From Pseudomonadota bacterium (GTDB lineage Bacteria; Bdellovibrionota_F; JAHFAK01; JBDREC01): a stretch of 64,000 nt of DNA. Both the position numbers and the translations under genes were made by a program. How positions within the stretch are numbered: the stretch's first letter is position 1; every line of letters starts with the position of its first letter. The notes under the pieces are model-generated. The model was given only the letters and a program-made list of their open reading frames with translations, was not told the DNA's origin and did no database searches. The stretch spans positions 62,001 to 126,000 of the forward strand of contig JBDREC010000090.1 in assembly GCA_043820105.1 (NCBI GenBank). Reading direction: 5' to 3'. Positions 8,228 through 18,088 of the stretch are shown here, piece by piece.

Positions 8228-9745
8228 TTAAACTGTACCACCAACCGTTATCTCACTAACCTTAACAGTAGGAATCCCAATACCAACTGGCACTGATTGT
8301 CCATTTTTTCCACAGGTCCATCTTCTGTTTGTAAACACCAGGTCATTGCCAACCATGCTTACTTTCTGCATAACATCAGGGCCATTACCAATTAAGGTTA
8401 AATCTTTTAAAGGATAAGTGAGTTTACCATTTTCAATCATATAACCTTCAGTCACCGAAAAAGTAAAGTCACCTTTAGTAATGTCAACTTGGCCACCTGA
8501 GAAGTCTTTTGCAAAAACTCCTTTTTTAACTGAGCCAATTATTTCTTCATAATCATATTTGCCTGCGTTCATATAAGTGTTTGTCATTCTTGGCATTGGG
8601 TTGTGCTTGAAACTTTGTCTTCTGCCATTGCCACTTGGATTGGTTTTAAGTTCCTTTGCTGAAATGTGATCTTGCATATATCCTTTTAAAATACCATTTT
8701 CAATAAGAACCGTACTCATTGATGGATTGCCCTCATCATCAACATTTATTGAACCTCTTAGGTTATCAAAATTGCCAGCATCAATAATTGTACATTGATC
8801 TGAGGCAACTTTTTGTCCAATTTTGCCACTGAATTTTGATAAATTTTTTCTGTTAAAATCAGCTTCTAAGCCATGACCAACAGCTTCATGTAGTAAAATA
8901 CCAGAATCACACTTTCCAAGCACAACTACCTGAGGACCAGCAGGTCCTGGTCTTGCATCTAAGTTTTTAACAGCGGTTTCACTTGATTCAGTTCCAATCA
9001 GCTCTGGTTTAAATTCTTTATTATTGAAAATATCAAGACCATATCTTCCTGATCTTCCTGAGCGTGATTCAAAACGCTTATCACCTTTTTCCGCGAGTGA
9101 ATATGCTCTTAAAAAGACCATGGGTTGAGAATCCTGGAAAAATTTTCCTTCAGAGTCATAAAACATGATGTTTTTAAGTTCATCTGTAAAATAAACTTTT
9201 ACCTTGGAGATCTTAGAATCGTATTCCAGTGCCGCCTTATTGGCTCTTTCAAGTAATTTGATTTTATCTTTTAAGGGATCTTCAACTGAAAAACCATAAC
9301 CTCTATAAAGCTTTTTATAATTAACTGGCTTTATTTCAACAGGTTTATAATCTTTTTTTGAATTTGCTATAAAAGAGGCTGTTTTTGCAGCTTCTTTTAA
9401 TTTAGCTAAATCAAGGTCTTCACTATATGCATACCCGATTTGGTCTCCAATTATAACTCGCACACCCATGCCAACGCTAATACCTGTTACTGCTTCTTTA
9501 ATGATGTTTTCTTCAAGGGTAAGTCTTGATTCTTCTGTGTATTCAAAAAATAAATCAGCGTAATCTCCACCTCGTGCCAATGCTTCGAAAATTATTTTAT
9601 CCATATCCTCTTTAGTTACAGGAAACAATTTTTGAAAATCTACCATTTTTGGAATCCTTTTTGTACAGTTATTTAAAATAAATGGAGAAACAGCAATCGT
9701 TGCAGAGGACAATGCTGATGTCTTTAGAAATTCCCGTCTTTTCAT
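8228..9745 (-). CDS. tldD: TldD metalloprotease with N-terminal twin-arginine signal
   Basis: GGDYADLFFE, LLHEAVGHGLEADFN, GNGRRQS..PMPRMTNTY, CGKNGQSVPVG.G.PT; N-terminus MKRREFLK. Confidence 0.92.
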   Translation of the reverse strand: MKRREFLKTSALSSATIAVSPFILNNCTKRIPKMVDFQKLFPVTKEDMDKIIFEALARGGDYADLFFEYTEESRLTLEENIIKEAVTGISVGMGVRVIIGDQIGYAYSEDLDLAKLKEAAKTASFIANSKKDYKPVEIKPVNYKKLYRGYGFSVEDPLKDKIKLLERANKAALEYDSKISKVKVYFTDELKNIMFYDSEGKFFQDSQPMVFLRAYSLAEKGDKRFESRSGRSGRYGLDIFNNKEFKPELIGTESSETAVKNLDARPGPAGPQVVVLGKCDSGILLHEAVGHGLEADFNRKNLSKFSGKIGQKVASDQCTIIDAGNFDNLRGSINVDDEGNPSMSTVLIENGILKGYMQDHISAKELKTNPSGNGRRQSFKHNPMPRMTNTYMNAGKYDYEEIIGSVKKGVFAKDFSGGQVDITKGDFTFSVTEGYMIENGKLTYPLKDLTLIGNGPDVMQKVSMVGNDLVFTNRRWTCGKNGQSVPVGIGIPTVKVSEITVGGTV

Positions 9746-9761
9746 TTTTACTCCTTATTTA

Positions 9762-9846
9762 GAGAACAAGGGAACAAGGGAACAAGAGAACAAGGGGATC
9801 TTAAATCCCATGCTTGTTCCCATGTTCTCTTGTTCTCATGTTCCTC
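9762..9846. repeat. Octamer GRGAACAA x4 plus inverted copies (long hairpin)
   Basis: gagaacaa gggaacaa gggaacaa gagaacaa ... ttgttccc atgttctc ttgttctc atgttcc. Confidence 0.8.
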
Positions 9847-9972
9847 TTTATTATCTTTTATGCAATAGATTATTACATAAATATCGAAAGTCAAAAACAA
9901 AAAAAAATAGCCTTTACTTTGCAAATAATATTTCATAATAAGTACATCTTGCCATTATTAATAAGGTTGTAA

Positions 9973-10794
9973 ATGAAAATCGCTGCTATTCAGATGACGA
10001 GCACAAATATTAAGACCAAGAATCTTAAAACAGCTAAACTTCTTTTGGATAAAGCCCTGAAATTTGCTAGTCCAAAAATTATTTTATTACCAGAGCTTTT
10101 TTCATATTTGGATAGAGACGAAAAATTGTTTGAATCAGCAGAAGATATCTCCGGAGGGGAAGCCATTGATTTTTGTTGTGAATATGCAAAGCTCAATTCA
10201 GTTTTTATTGGTGGATCAATTCTTCTTAAGGCAGAATCTTCTAAAGCCACAAATTCCTTCCTGATATTTTCAAATACAGGTGAAATTGTAGCTAGATATG
10301 ATAAAATTCACCTCTTTGATGTTGAAGTTGAAGGTGGAGATGTTTATCGCGAATCTATAACGGTTGAAGCAGGAAAAGAATTAGCTGTTTTTGATCTCGA
10401 TGGTTTTAAGTTTGGGCTTACAACTTGCTATGATTTGCGTTTTCCTGAGATATTTAGAAAATATGCATGTCAAAAAGTAGATGCAATTTTATTTTGTGCA
10501 GCCTTTACACAAAAAACGGGAAAGGCACATTTTGAAACACTTTTAAAAGCAAGGGCAATTGAAAACCAAGCATGGCTTATTATATCAAATCAATTTGGTA
10601 AACATATGAAAAAACGCGAATCCTTTGGGCATTCAATGGTAATTGATCCCTGGGGTGACGTGAAGCAGATTTTAAGGCAAGGAGAAGGCATTATTTATCA
10701 GACTATTGACAAAGAGATAATATCTAAGGTAAGAAAGAATATGCCTTGCTTGGAGCATATTAAATTTGATATTGATAATTTAAATATAAAGTAA
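9973..10794 (+). CDS. Carbon-nitrogen hydrolase (Nit1/deaminated glutathione amidase-like)
   Basis: LPE, YDKIHLFDV, TCYDLRFPE, ARAIENQ, GHSMVIDPWG (E-K-C triad). Confidence 0.9.
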   Translation: MKIAAIQMTSTNIKTKNLKTAKLLLDKALKFASPKIILLPELFSYLDRDEKLFESAEDISGGEAIDFCCEYAKLNSVFIGGSILLKAESSKATNSFLIFSNTGEIVARYDKIHLFDVEVEGGDVYRESITVEAGKELAVFDLDGFKFGLTTCYDLRFPEIFRKYACQKVDAILFCAAFTQKTGKAHFETLLKARAIENQAWLIISNQFGKHMKKRESFGHSMVIDPWGDVKQILRQGEGIIYQTIDKEIISKVRKNMPCLEHIKFDIDNLNIK

Positions 10795-10803
10795 TTTTAT
10801 TTT

Positions 10804-12276
10804 ATGAAGCGATTTATTTTCATTATTTTGATTTTACTACTTATTAACTCTATAATTGTAGCAGGTGAAAAGCGTAAAGTTTCATATAGTCTTTCAGCTT
10901 ATTTAAATGAAACCTTAAAAAAAAGTATAGAATATCAAACTTATAAAAAAGAACTTGAATCTTATAGAGCCTTAAAATCATATTATAAAGATTATTATAT
11001 TCCCTATTTTAAAACAACACCATATTTTTCATATGACTTATCACCTTCATCAAGGACCTATGAAGTTGTAGATGAACTTGAAGATACAGTTTATAATTAT
11101 GATTTTACTCTTAGTCAAAACACACCTTTGGGATCATCCATAAGTTTTGATTTTGATAATTCATATACAACAACCAATAATGCCTCTGCTACCTGGAACC
11201 CAATGCATAATAACAGTATAAGCCTTACCTTAAGTCAGCCCCTGTTGAAAGGCTTCGCCAATAACTATTCTATTAAAAATATCAAAGATTCAGAAGTTGA
11301 TTATTATATTTCTCAAAAAAATTATGAAAAAAACCTTGTTAACCTTTATATAAGCTTAATTAATGCCTATTGGGATTTTTATGTAGCTAGTGAAGAGCTG
11401 TTAATTAAAGAGGCATCATATAAAAGAGCCCTGGATCAATTTGAGTTTACAAAAATAAATATTGAAAAGGGTCTTTTGCCAGCTAATGATATTTATGTGG
11501 TTGAAGAATCTTTAATAAGTTTTCAAAATAATTTAGAAATAGCTAAAAATGATTTTGAAAATAAAAAATATAATTTTAGCAAATTCCTTGAGCTTAGAAT
11601 TGAAGACAATGAGAGTATTGAAATCATAGGGCTTGAAAAACCTTCTGATAAAATAATTTTAAGTCAAAGTTATAGTTTATTAAAAGAAAAACTATATGAA
11701 AATCACTATGATTATATAATCCAAGAATTAAATGTTAGGAAAGCTGAAATTACATATAAATATAATAAAAACCAGGTTTTTCCACAGCTTGATTTAAGTC
11801 TTAGTTTAGCTTTAAGCGGCATATCAGATACATTTGAGGAAAGCATGAATCAAGTTATGGGAGCAAATTCTTACTATGGCTTAGTTGGCTTAACTTTTAG
11901 ATTACCTTTTTATTATGGTTTCTTAAAATCAAATATTATTTATGCACGATCTGCTCTTGAACAAGAAAAATTTGAATTAAAAAAAATTGAAAGAGACATG
12001 CTTGTTGATTTAAGCAAGGCCTACAATCAGGTTGTGCTTTCTCAAAAGCAATACAAGTTAAAAATAAGAATTGCAACCTTGGCTAAGCTAAAATTACAAG
12101 CAGAAGAAGAAAAATATAGAGAAGGAATATCAACGCTAAATGACCTTGTTATTTTTCAAAGAGAACTTGATGAAGCGCAGAATTCATTGATTTCTGCTCT
12201 TGTTTATTGGAACAAATATTATAATAACCTGTTGTATATGGTTGGCGGGATTAAGGATCTTTATGAAATTGAATGA
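10804..12276 (+). CDS. TolC-family outer membrane efflux protein
   Basis: Signal peptide; SLTLSQPLLKG, AYW, FPQLDL, EEEKYREGIST; heads an ABC/MFP operon. Confidence 0.8.
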   Translation: MKRFIFIILILLLINSIIVAGEKRKVSYSLSAYLNETLKKSIEYQTYKKELESYRALKSYYKDYYIPYFKTTPYFSYDLSPSSRTYEVVDELEDTVYNYDFTLSQNTPLGSSISFDFDNSYTTTNNASATWNPMHNNSISLTLSQPLLKGFANNYSIKNIKDSEVDYYISQKNYEKNLVNLYISLINAYWDFYVASEELLIKEASYKRALDQFEFTKINIEKGLLPANDIYVVEESLISFQNNLEIAKNDFENKKYNFSKFLELRIEDNESIEIIGLEKPSDKIILSQSYSLLKEKLYENHYDYIIQELNVRKAEITYKYNKNQVFPQLDLSLSLALSGISDTFEESMNQVMGANSYYGLVGLTFRLPFYYGFLKSNIIYARSALEQEKFELKKIERDMLVDLSKAYNQVVLSQKQYKLKIRIATLAKLKLQAEEEKYREGISTLNDLVIFQRELDEAQNSLISALVYWNKYYNNLLYMVGGIKDLYEIE

Positions 12277-12285
12277 TAATTAACG

Positions 12286-12957
12286 ATGGAAAATATTATC
12301 TCATTAAAAAAAATTAATAAGTCTTTTGCCTATGGTGATACAACTATTGATGTGCTTAAGGATATTAATGTTGATATAGGTTGTTCTGAGTATATTTCAA
12401 TTATGGGTCCTTCTGGTTCTGGTAAATCAACTCTGATGAACATTATTGGATGTCTTGATAAGCCAACTTCTGGTTCTTACACTTTTATGGGTAAAAGAGT
12501 TGATCAAATGAATGACCTTCAGATATCTGAGATTCGCGGCGCTCGGATTGGTTTTGTTTTTCAATCTTTCAACTTGTTAAACAATATGTCTGTTCTTGAA
12601 AATGTTATGCTTCCAATGACATATCAGAATATTGAAAAATCTACACAAAAAAAGATTGCTATGAAATGGCTTGATAGAGTGAAGATGTCACATCGCCTGA
12701 TTCAAACTCCAGATAAAATAAGTGGTGGAGAAAAGCAAAGAGTCGCAATAGCACGAGCTTTTGTAAATAATCCTGATATTATTTTAGCAGATGAACCAAC
12801 TGGAAATCTTGATTCCAAAACAGAAGAAAAGATTATTGATATATTTAATGAACTGCATAGAGAAATAAAACAAACGTTTATTATTGTTACTCACAGTGAT
12901 GAGGTTGCATCAATAACCAAAAGAAAGATAAGGCTTTTTGATGGAAAAGTTGTTTAA
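12286..12957 (+). CDS. ABC transporter ATP-binding protein (MacB/LolD family)
   Basis: [44 protein letters not shown]. Confidence 0.95.
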   Translation: MENIISLKKINKSFAYGDTTIDVLKDINVDIGCSEYISIMGPSGSGKSTLMNIIGCLDKPTSGSYTFMGKRVDQMNDLQISEIRGARIGFVFQSFNLLNNMSVLENVMLPMTYQNIEKSTQKKIAMKWLDRVKMSHRLIQTPDKISGGEKQRVAIARAFVNNPDIILADEPTGNLDSKTEEKIIDIFNELHREIKQTFIIVTHSDEVASITKRKIRLFDGKVV

Positions 12958-14035
12958 TTGCGTACAGCCTACAGCGTACGGCGTACGGCGTAATATTCAT
13001 AGTGTTATAGTTATTGCTCTTGTGTTGCTTCTTGCTTTTTTGTTTTTTGTTGAATCTCCATTTGTACATGCTCAGGTTTTTGATGCCGAAAGATATCATG
13101 TTTTTGAAGGAAAACTAGTTGTCACTGATTATATTTCCTTTAAAGTTCCAATTGCTTCGGTTACAACTCGCCATAGTAGTAGTGGGTGGGGTGGAGCAAA
13201 AGCTAAGTTTTTAATAGATGAAGAGACATATGCAAAAAAAGGTGATTTATTAGTTGAATTTGATTTTCCACAGCAGGATATACTGGATGATTGTTATAAA
13301 TACAAAGCAGAAGCAGAATCTCGTAAAATTGTTAGCCTTGGTGAAATCAAAGAAGAATTAAATGCTTTAAAGGTCTCTTTAGAAAAAAAGAAATTGGATG
13401 TTAATAAACTTGAGTTGGAACAAAAAAAGCAGGGTATTATTTCAAGCAGAGACTTTAAATTATTACAAGCAGATTATGAAATAGCAAAATTTGAGGTTAG
13501 TACTTTAGAAAAAAAGGTAAAAGAAAAAGAAAAAATTTATAAAGCTGAAGCTATCTATTATAATGCGGATATAAAAGCCTGGAATGGCTATGTGAAAAGT
13601 GTAACTGATATTAAAAAATTATATAAAAGATATGCTCCAGCAGATGGCTTTGTTTCTTATCCAAGGTTAAAGCGTCGAAAAATAAAAGCAACTGTCGGAA
13701 AGTGGATGTCAACAGGGAGTGAATTCATGCGTTTATCTACATCCAAAAAGATGAAAATGGAATTTTACCTTCCTGAAAAACTATTAAGAGCCCTTAAAAT
13801 TGGGCAAGTGGTTAAAGCAGAAGTTGTTGGAAAGGATATTTATTTTAACGCTAAAGTAAATGATATTGAGCTTTCTCCCATAATGGCAGGGGCTATAGAT
13901 GATGATTTTGAAGAGGTGAGTGCTATAATGAAGGTTATATTAGTAAGGGCTGATATAATTGATAATATTGAATTTATGCCAGGAAGCGAACTGAAAGTAA
14001 ATGTTGAAAAAATTAAACTGGCAAGCGATGGCTAA
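12941..14035 (+). CDS. Periplasmic adaptor (MFP/HlyD-like) subunit 1
   Basis: Hydrophobic N-terminal segment, KKGDLLVEFD lipoyl half, coiled coil, YAPADG; ATG at 12941 chosen over TTG at 12938. Confidence 0.75.
   Translation: MEKLFNCVQPTAYGVRRNIHSVIVIALVLLLAFLFFVESPFVHAQVFDAERYHVFEGKLVVTDYISFKVPIASVTTRHSSSGWGGAKAKFLIDEETYAKKGDLLVEFDFPQQDILDDCYKYKAEAESRKIVSLGEIKEELNALKVSLEKKKLDVNKLELEQKKQGIISSRDFKLLQADYEIAKFEVSTLEKKVKEKEKIYKAEAIYYNADIKAWNGYVKSVTDIKKLYKRYAPADGFVSYPRLKRRKIKATVGKWMSTGSEFMRLSTSKKMKMEFYLPEKLLRALKIGQVVKAEVVGKDIYFNAKVNDIELSPIMAGAIDDDFEEVSAIMKVILVRADIIDNIEFMPGSELKVNVEKIKLASDG
12960..12992. repeat. Heptamer GCGTACR tandem repeat inside the MFP N-terminus
   Basis: gcgtaca gcctaca gcgtacg gcgtacg gcgta; same unit at 31295 and 59641. 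Confidence 0.75.
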
Positions 14036-14061
14036 CGAGTGAAAGGTTAATTGAATTTAAT

Positions 14062-15336
14062 ATGAACCTAAAAACTTCAAAAATTCTTACTGTTATTAAA
14101 GAAAGCTTTAATCCATTTTTTATGAATCCTCTAAGAAGTTTTTTGGCTCTCTTGGGAATATTATTTGGTGTTTCAGCTGTTGTTGCTATGATGTCTATTG
14201 GAGAAGGGGCTCAGAAGCAAATTATGGAAATGATTGAATCTATGGGGGCTGATATTGTCACCATTGATGCAGTTAAGGGAAGTGAAACAGATGTTGCAAA
14301 TACTATTAACCTTAGTCGAGGATTAAGAAGATCAGATGTGCAATCAATTGTAGGTATGTCTCCCGGAATTCAAAAAACAGATGTTGCATACATAAAACGC
14401 TTTGAAATCTATAATGATAATCTTGATTCTTATGCTAAAAAAACTGAGGTTTTTGGAATTTCGAAAAATTATGTTAAAGTAAAGGGGCTTACAATTCGTT
14501 ATGGAAGGGATTTTTCATATATAGATTTTGAATCCATGCATAATGTTTGTATTGTAGGTTATCCCTTTGCCAAAAAACTATTTCCAAAAGATCCAGAAAA
14601 AATGCTCGGCTTTAATATTTTGTTGAATTCAGTATATTTCAGAGTCATAGGTCTTCTTGATGAAATTAAGAACATTAAATATGACAAAGATGAGAATTTA
14701 GAAAAATATAATCCAGATCAATACAATGATACGATTTTAGTGCCTATTGATGTTGCTTTTGAAAAATTAATCCCTCCATATTTTTATATGGAACTTGATA
14801 ATATATTAGTTAAAGTAGGTTCTATTGCTAATACGATTCCTTATAAAAAGATTTTTCAAAAAGCCTTAAAAAGAACTCATGGGGGTATTGAAGACTTTAA
14901 GATTATAGCACCTGAAGAGCTTTTAAAACAAAAAGAAGAAACACAAAGAATATTTAATATTGTTTTATTGTGTATTGCTGCTATTTCTCTGATTGTTGGA
15001 GGAATTGGGATTATGAATATTATGCTTGCCAACATTTTAGAACGCATAAAAGAAATTGGAATCAGAAGAGCAGTTGGAGCTTCAAAAAAAGATATTTTAA
15101 TACAGTTTCTATCTGAGTCAGTAACAATCTGTCTTTTAGGCGGTGTTCTTGGGATTTTGTTTGGTCTGCTCATTGCCGTAATTGTAAGTTTTTATACTGA
15201 TATTTATATAGCTTTTTCATATTCAGCAATGATAGTGGCTTTTTTGATCGCAGTTTCAACTGGTGTGATATTTGGAATTTTGCCAGCTATTAGGGCAGCG
15301 AATATTAATCCGATTGAGGCATTGCATAGGGAATAG
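14062..15336 (+). CDS. MacB/FtsX-type ABC permease
   Basis: RSFLALLGILFGVSAV, ISLIVGGIGIMNIML..I.ER.KEIGIRRAVGA, PAIRAA..NPIEAL. Confidence 0.93.
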   Translation: MNLKTSKILTVIKESFNPFFMNPLRSFLALLGILFGVSAVVAMMSIGEGAQKQIMEMIESMGADIVTIDAVKGSETDVANTINLSRGLRRSDVQSIVGMSPGIQKTDVAYIKRFEIYNDNLDSYAKKTEVFGISKNYVKVKGLTIRYGRDFSYIDFESMHNVCIVGYPFAKKLFPKDPEKMLGFNILLNSVYFRVIGLLDEIKNIKYDKDENLEKYNPDQYNDTILVPIDVAFEKLIPPYFYMELDNILVKVGSIANTIPYKKIFQKALKRTHGGIEDFKIIAPEELLKQKEETQRIFNIVLLCIAAISLIVGGIGIMNIMLANILERIKEIGIRRAVGASKKDILIQFLSESVTICLLGGVLGILFGLLIAVIVSFYTDIYIAFSYSAMIVAFLIAVSTGVIFGILPAIRAANINPIEALHRE

Positions 15337-15356
15337 AGTTTTAAGAAGAGGGGGAG

Positions 15357-15395
15357 AATAATTAATAATCAATAATTAATAATTAATAATTAATT
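15357..15395. repeat. Heptamer AATAATT tandem repeat
   Basis: aataattaataatcaataattaataattaataattaatt. Confidence 0.65.
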
Positions 15396-16601
15396 GTGGA
15401 TCAGGAGATACTTTTGAAGAACTTAGTTTTGATTTTTATCATTTTCATATTATCTGGATCATTGTTCGCGCAAGAAACACTTTGGGAAGTTAAAAAAGGG
15501 GATATTGTTGAAAAAAAGGTTTTTCAGGGTGAAGTTCAGGCAAGTAATAAAGTCGATATTAATTGTCCTCAAATTTCTTGGCGTTTAGGAGGAGGGCTGA
15601 CAATTGAAGAAATTATAGAAGATGGTAAAATTGTAAAAAAAGGTGATGTGGTTTTAAAATTTGAGAGAAGTGTAATTGAATCAAAGCTTAATAATACAAG
15701 TGAAGAATATAATTTAGCACTGGTTGATCTTAAAAGAGAGGAAACTAGATTAAAACTAGAAAAAATAGAAATTGAATCCAATATTGAACAAAAGAAAAAA
15801 GAACTAGAAAAAGCAAATCTGGGTGTTGTTGAAGGAGGCATTATGTCTCAAATAAGCAGGGAGAAGGCAAAGCTTGATGTTGAAGCAAAAACAATGGATC
15901 TTAAGTTGTCAAAGGAAAGGCTAGAAAAATTTGAAGAGAAGTATGTTAACAGCATAAAAGCTAAACAAATAGTTCTAAATCAAAAAAAGATCGATGTAAA
16001 AGAAATTGAAGATTTAATGAATAAACTTGAAGTTTTAGCTCCAGTTGATGGTGTAATTTACAAACCACTAACTGAGCTTAATTGGCAAAAAACTAGAGCT
16101 GAAACTGGGAAGCTGGCCAGGTCAGGGGATTTGATAATGCAAATTCCTGACCTTAACACACTAGAGGTTCATGTTTTTGCCCACCCTTCAGATAGTCAAG
16201 ATATTAAAATAGAAGATCTTTCTGAAAGTAGTTTTGCTGCTTTTCCAAACTTAATAATTAAAGGAAAAGTCACAACAAAATCTGATTATGTATCAACTCT
16301 TGGTGAAAGGACTGGTATTACAGGATATGAAAGTAAATTATCAGAGCTGAAAATAATTGTTAGCCTGGAAGGAAAGAAACACAAGTTAAGACCCGGATTT
16401 ACGACTAAAACTGAAATTACTTCAATTATCGCTAAAGATGTTCTTTATGTTCCAATCATTGCATTAGAAGAAGATAAAGAGAAAAAGTATGTTATTTTTA
16501 GAAGCGGTGAAAAAAAAGAAGTCAAAGTTGGAAAAACATCCTTTAGTTTTGCTGAAATTCTATCTGGTTTGAAAGTTGGAGACAAAATAAAGATGGATTA
16601 A
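15396..16601 (+). CDS. Periplasmic adaptor (MacA-like) subunit 2
   Basis: Signal peptide; DGKIVKKGD, APVDG, LRPGFT, VP..A, V.VG, EILSGL..GD; start could be GTG 15396 or TTG 15414. Confidence 0.85.
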   Translation: MDQEILLKNLVLIFIIFILSGSLFAQETLWEVKKGDIVEKKVFQGEVQASNKVDINCPQISWRLGGGLTIEEIIEDGKIVKKGDVVLKFERSVIESKLNNTSEEYNLALVDLKREETRLKLEKIEIESNIEQKKKELEKANLGVVEGGIMSQISREKAKLDVEAKTMDLKLSKERLEKFEEKYVNSIKAKQIVLNQKKIDVKEIEDLMNKLEVLAPVDGVIYKPLTELNWQKTRAETGKLARSGDLIMQIPDLNTLEVHVFAHPSDSQDIKIEDLSESSFAAFPNLIIKGKVTTKSDYVSTLGERTGITGYESKLSELKIIVSLEGKKHKLRPGFTTKTEITSIIAKDVLYVPIIALEEDKEKKYVIFRSGEKKEVKVGKTSFSFAEILSGLKVGDKIKMD

Positions 16602-16703
16602 TTTTGTGATCCATTGCTATTCATATTTTCCAAATTTATTCTAAAGATCCTTTTGGAATAAACCTAATAAAATGTTCTGGAAGCCATTGATTATAATTTA
16701 TAA

Positions 16704-17684
16704 TTAGAGAAAGGGGGCCTCTATTTCATTTTCAGAAATCCAGGCATTTTTTGATTTTAACTCAAAATACCGTTCACATTTTGAACATACGATATCTTCA
16801 CGGACAGGTTGCTCGCCCATAAGCATTTGCCTGGCATAATTCATTTTTTCATTATTAATTTCTTCTAATAATCCATTTTTAAATCCATTACCAAATATTC
16901 CCCAAATATTTTCACAACACCCCAAAATATCGCCATTAAAGTTTATTTGTGGCCTAAGCCAAAGCTGAGTACAAATAGAACGATAATAACTTTTATTTGT
17001 TTTTTTTAATATATTTTCCCTGGTAATCATTTTCATACCTATGTCTCTTTTTACAGCAGCAGTATTTTTAATGGGAGAATATTTGCTATCCCAGGAAAGT
17101 TTTGGGAAAAAATTCATTCCAAGACTTTGAGCCGTTTCCTTGGCTTTTTTAATTTCATGCTCGTTATGTCCAAAAACAACAAATTGCCAGGTCAAATATG
17201 GTTTATTTGAATCATATTTTTTTTTAAATTCATTGATAATTTGGATGTTTTTAATAACTTTTTCAAGATTCCCACCTTTTCTATAAATAGCATATGTTTT
17301 TTGTGTAGCTCCGTCAATTGAGCAGGTTATATTATTCACTTGATATTTGACCAAACATTCTAAGTCTTTTATTTTGCAATCATTTAAATTGACACCAGTT
17401 CCAATGCTCATTTCTACATTATTTTCAGAACCAAATTTGATAATTTCTTTGAAATTTGGATTGAGAAATACTTCTCCCCTACTAGAGGTTTCGACTTTTT
17501 GAATCCATGGATTTTTAACAATAAGATTTTTAAAATCATAAAGTTTTAAAAAACCAGGTTTAACAGCGCTTTTTGATTTTAATTCTCTTCTTCCAGTTAG
17601 ACAGAGAGGACATTTAAGCTGACATATTGATGCAAGGTCTAATCTGATTTTAATTGGAGTTATTTTATGTTTTTTCTTATTCAT
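16704..17684 (-). CDS. Radical SAM protein with SPASM/twitch domain
   Basis: CQLKCPLC, RGEVFLN, SIDGAT..TY..YRKGG, C-terminal C..LW....I.F.GDI.GCC..CSKC; resembles the sugar-associated BtrN-like type. Confidence 0.88.
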   Translation of the reverse strand: MNKKKHKITPIKIRLDLASICQLKCPLCLTGRRELKSKSAVKPGFLKLYDFKNLIVKNPWIQKVETSSRGEVFLNPNFKEIIKFGSENNVEMSIGTGVNLNDCKIKDLECLVKYQVNNITCSIDGATQKTYAIYRKGGNLEKVIKNIQIINEFKKKYDSNKPYLTWQFVVFGHNEHEIKKAKETAQSLGMNFFPKLSWDSKYSPIKNTAAVKRDIGMKMITRENILKKTNKSYYRSICTQLWLRPQINFNGDILGCCENIWGIFGNGFKNGLLEEINNEKMNYARQMLMGEQPVREDIVCSKCERYFELKSKNAWISENEIEAPFL

Positions 17685-17839
17685 CTTATTAAAATAACAA
17701 TATAATTTAATTTATGTCTATATAATTTTATGTTCTTTAATGAACCATTTTTATCATAAAGAAGAAGCCTCTTGACATAAGGAGAAAATTCAAATATGAG
17801 TCAAAAAATATATTTTAAACATATTAGCAGGTTAGTAAA

Positions 17840-18088
17840 ATGAAAAAAGAAAAAAGTTATTCTAAATTGACTCCCAAGAAAACGGTTTCAAAAAAAACAA
17901 TAACTAAAAATAAAGCAATTTCAAGAAGAGCAATGCTTGGATTAATTCTTGGGACTGCAACTGCAGCAACTGGTGCAATTGCTCTTGATTTAACTAAGGT
18001 CAAACTTGATAAGAAGACAAAAGATACATTCCTAAAAGGAATGGATGAAAAATATCAATATATCCAAGCTGAACGCAGACGTGATTAG
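17840..18088 (+). CDS. Small basic protein with twin-arginine-like motif
   Basis: ISRRAMLGLILGTATAATGAIA; first ORF of the co-oriented glycosyltransferase cluster. Confidence 0.6.
   Translation: MKKEKSYSKLTPKKTVSKKTITKNKAISRRAMLGLILGTATAATGAIALDLTKVKLDKKTKDTFLKGMDEKYQYIQAERRRD

Noticed and set aside
9748..9936. 62-aa ORF upstream of tldD as a possible TldD substrate or leader peptide
   Set aside because: Its C-terminal half is just the translated octamer hairpin (PCSLVPLFPCSL); no convincing SD.
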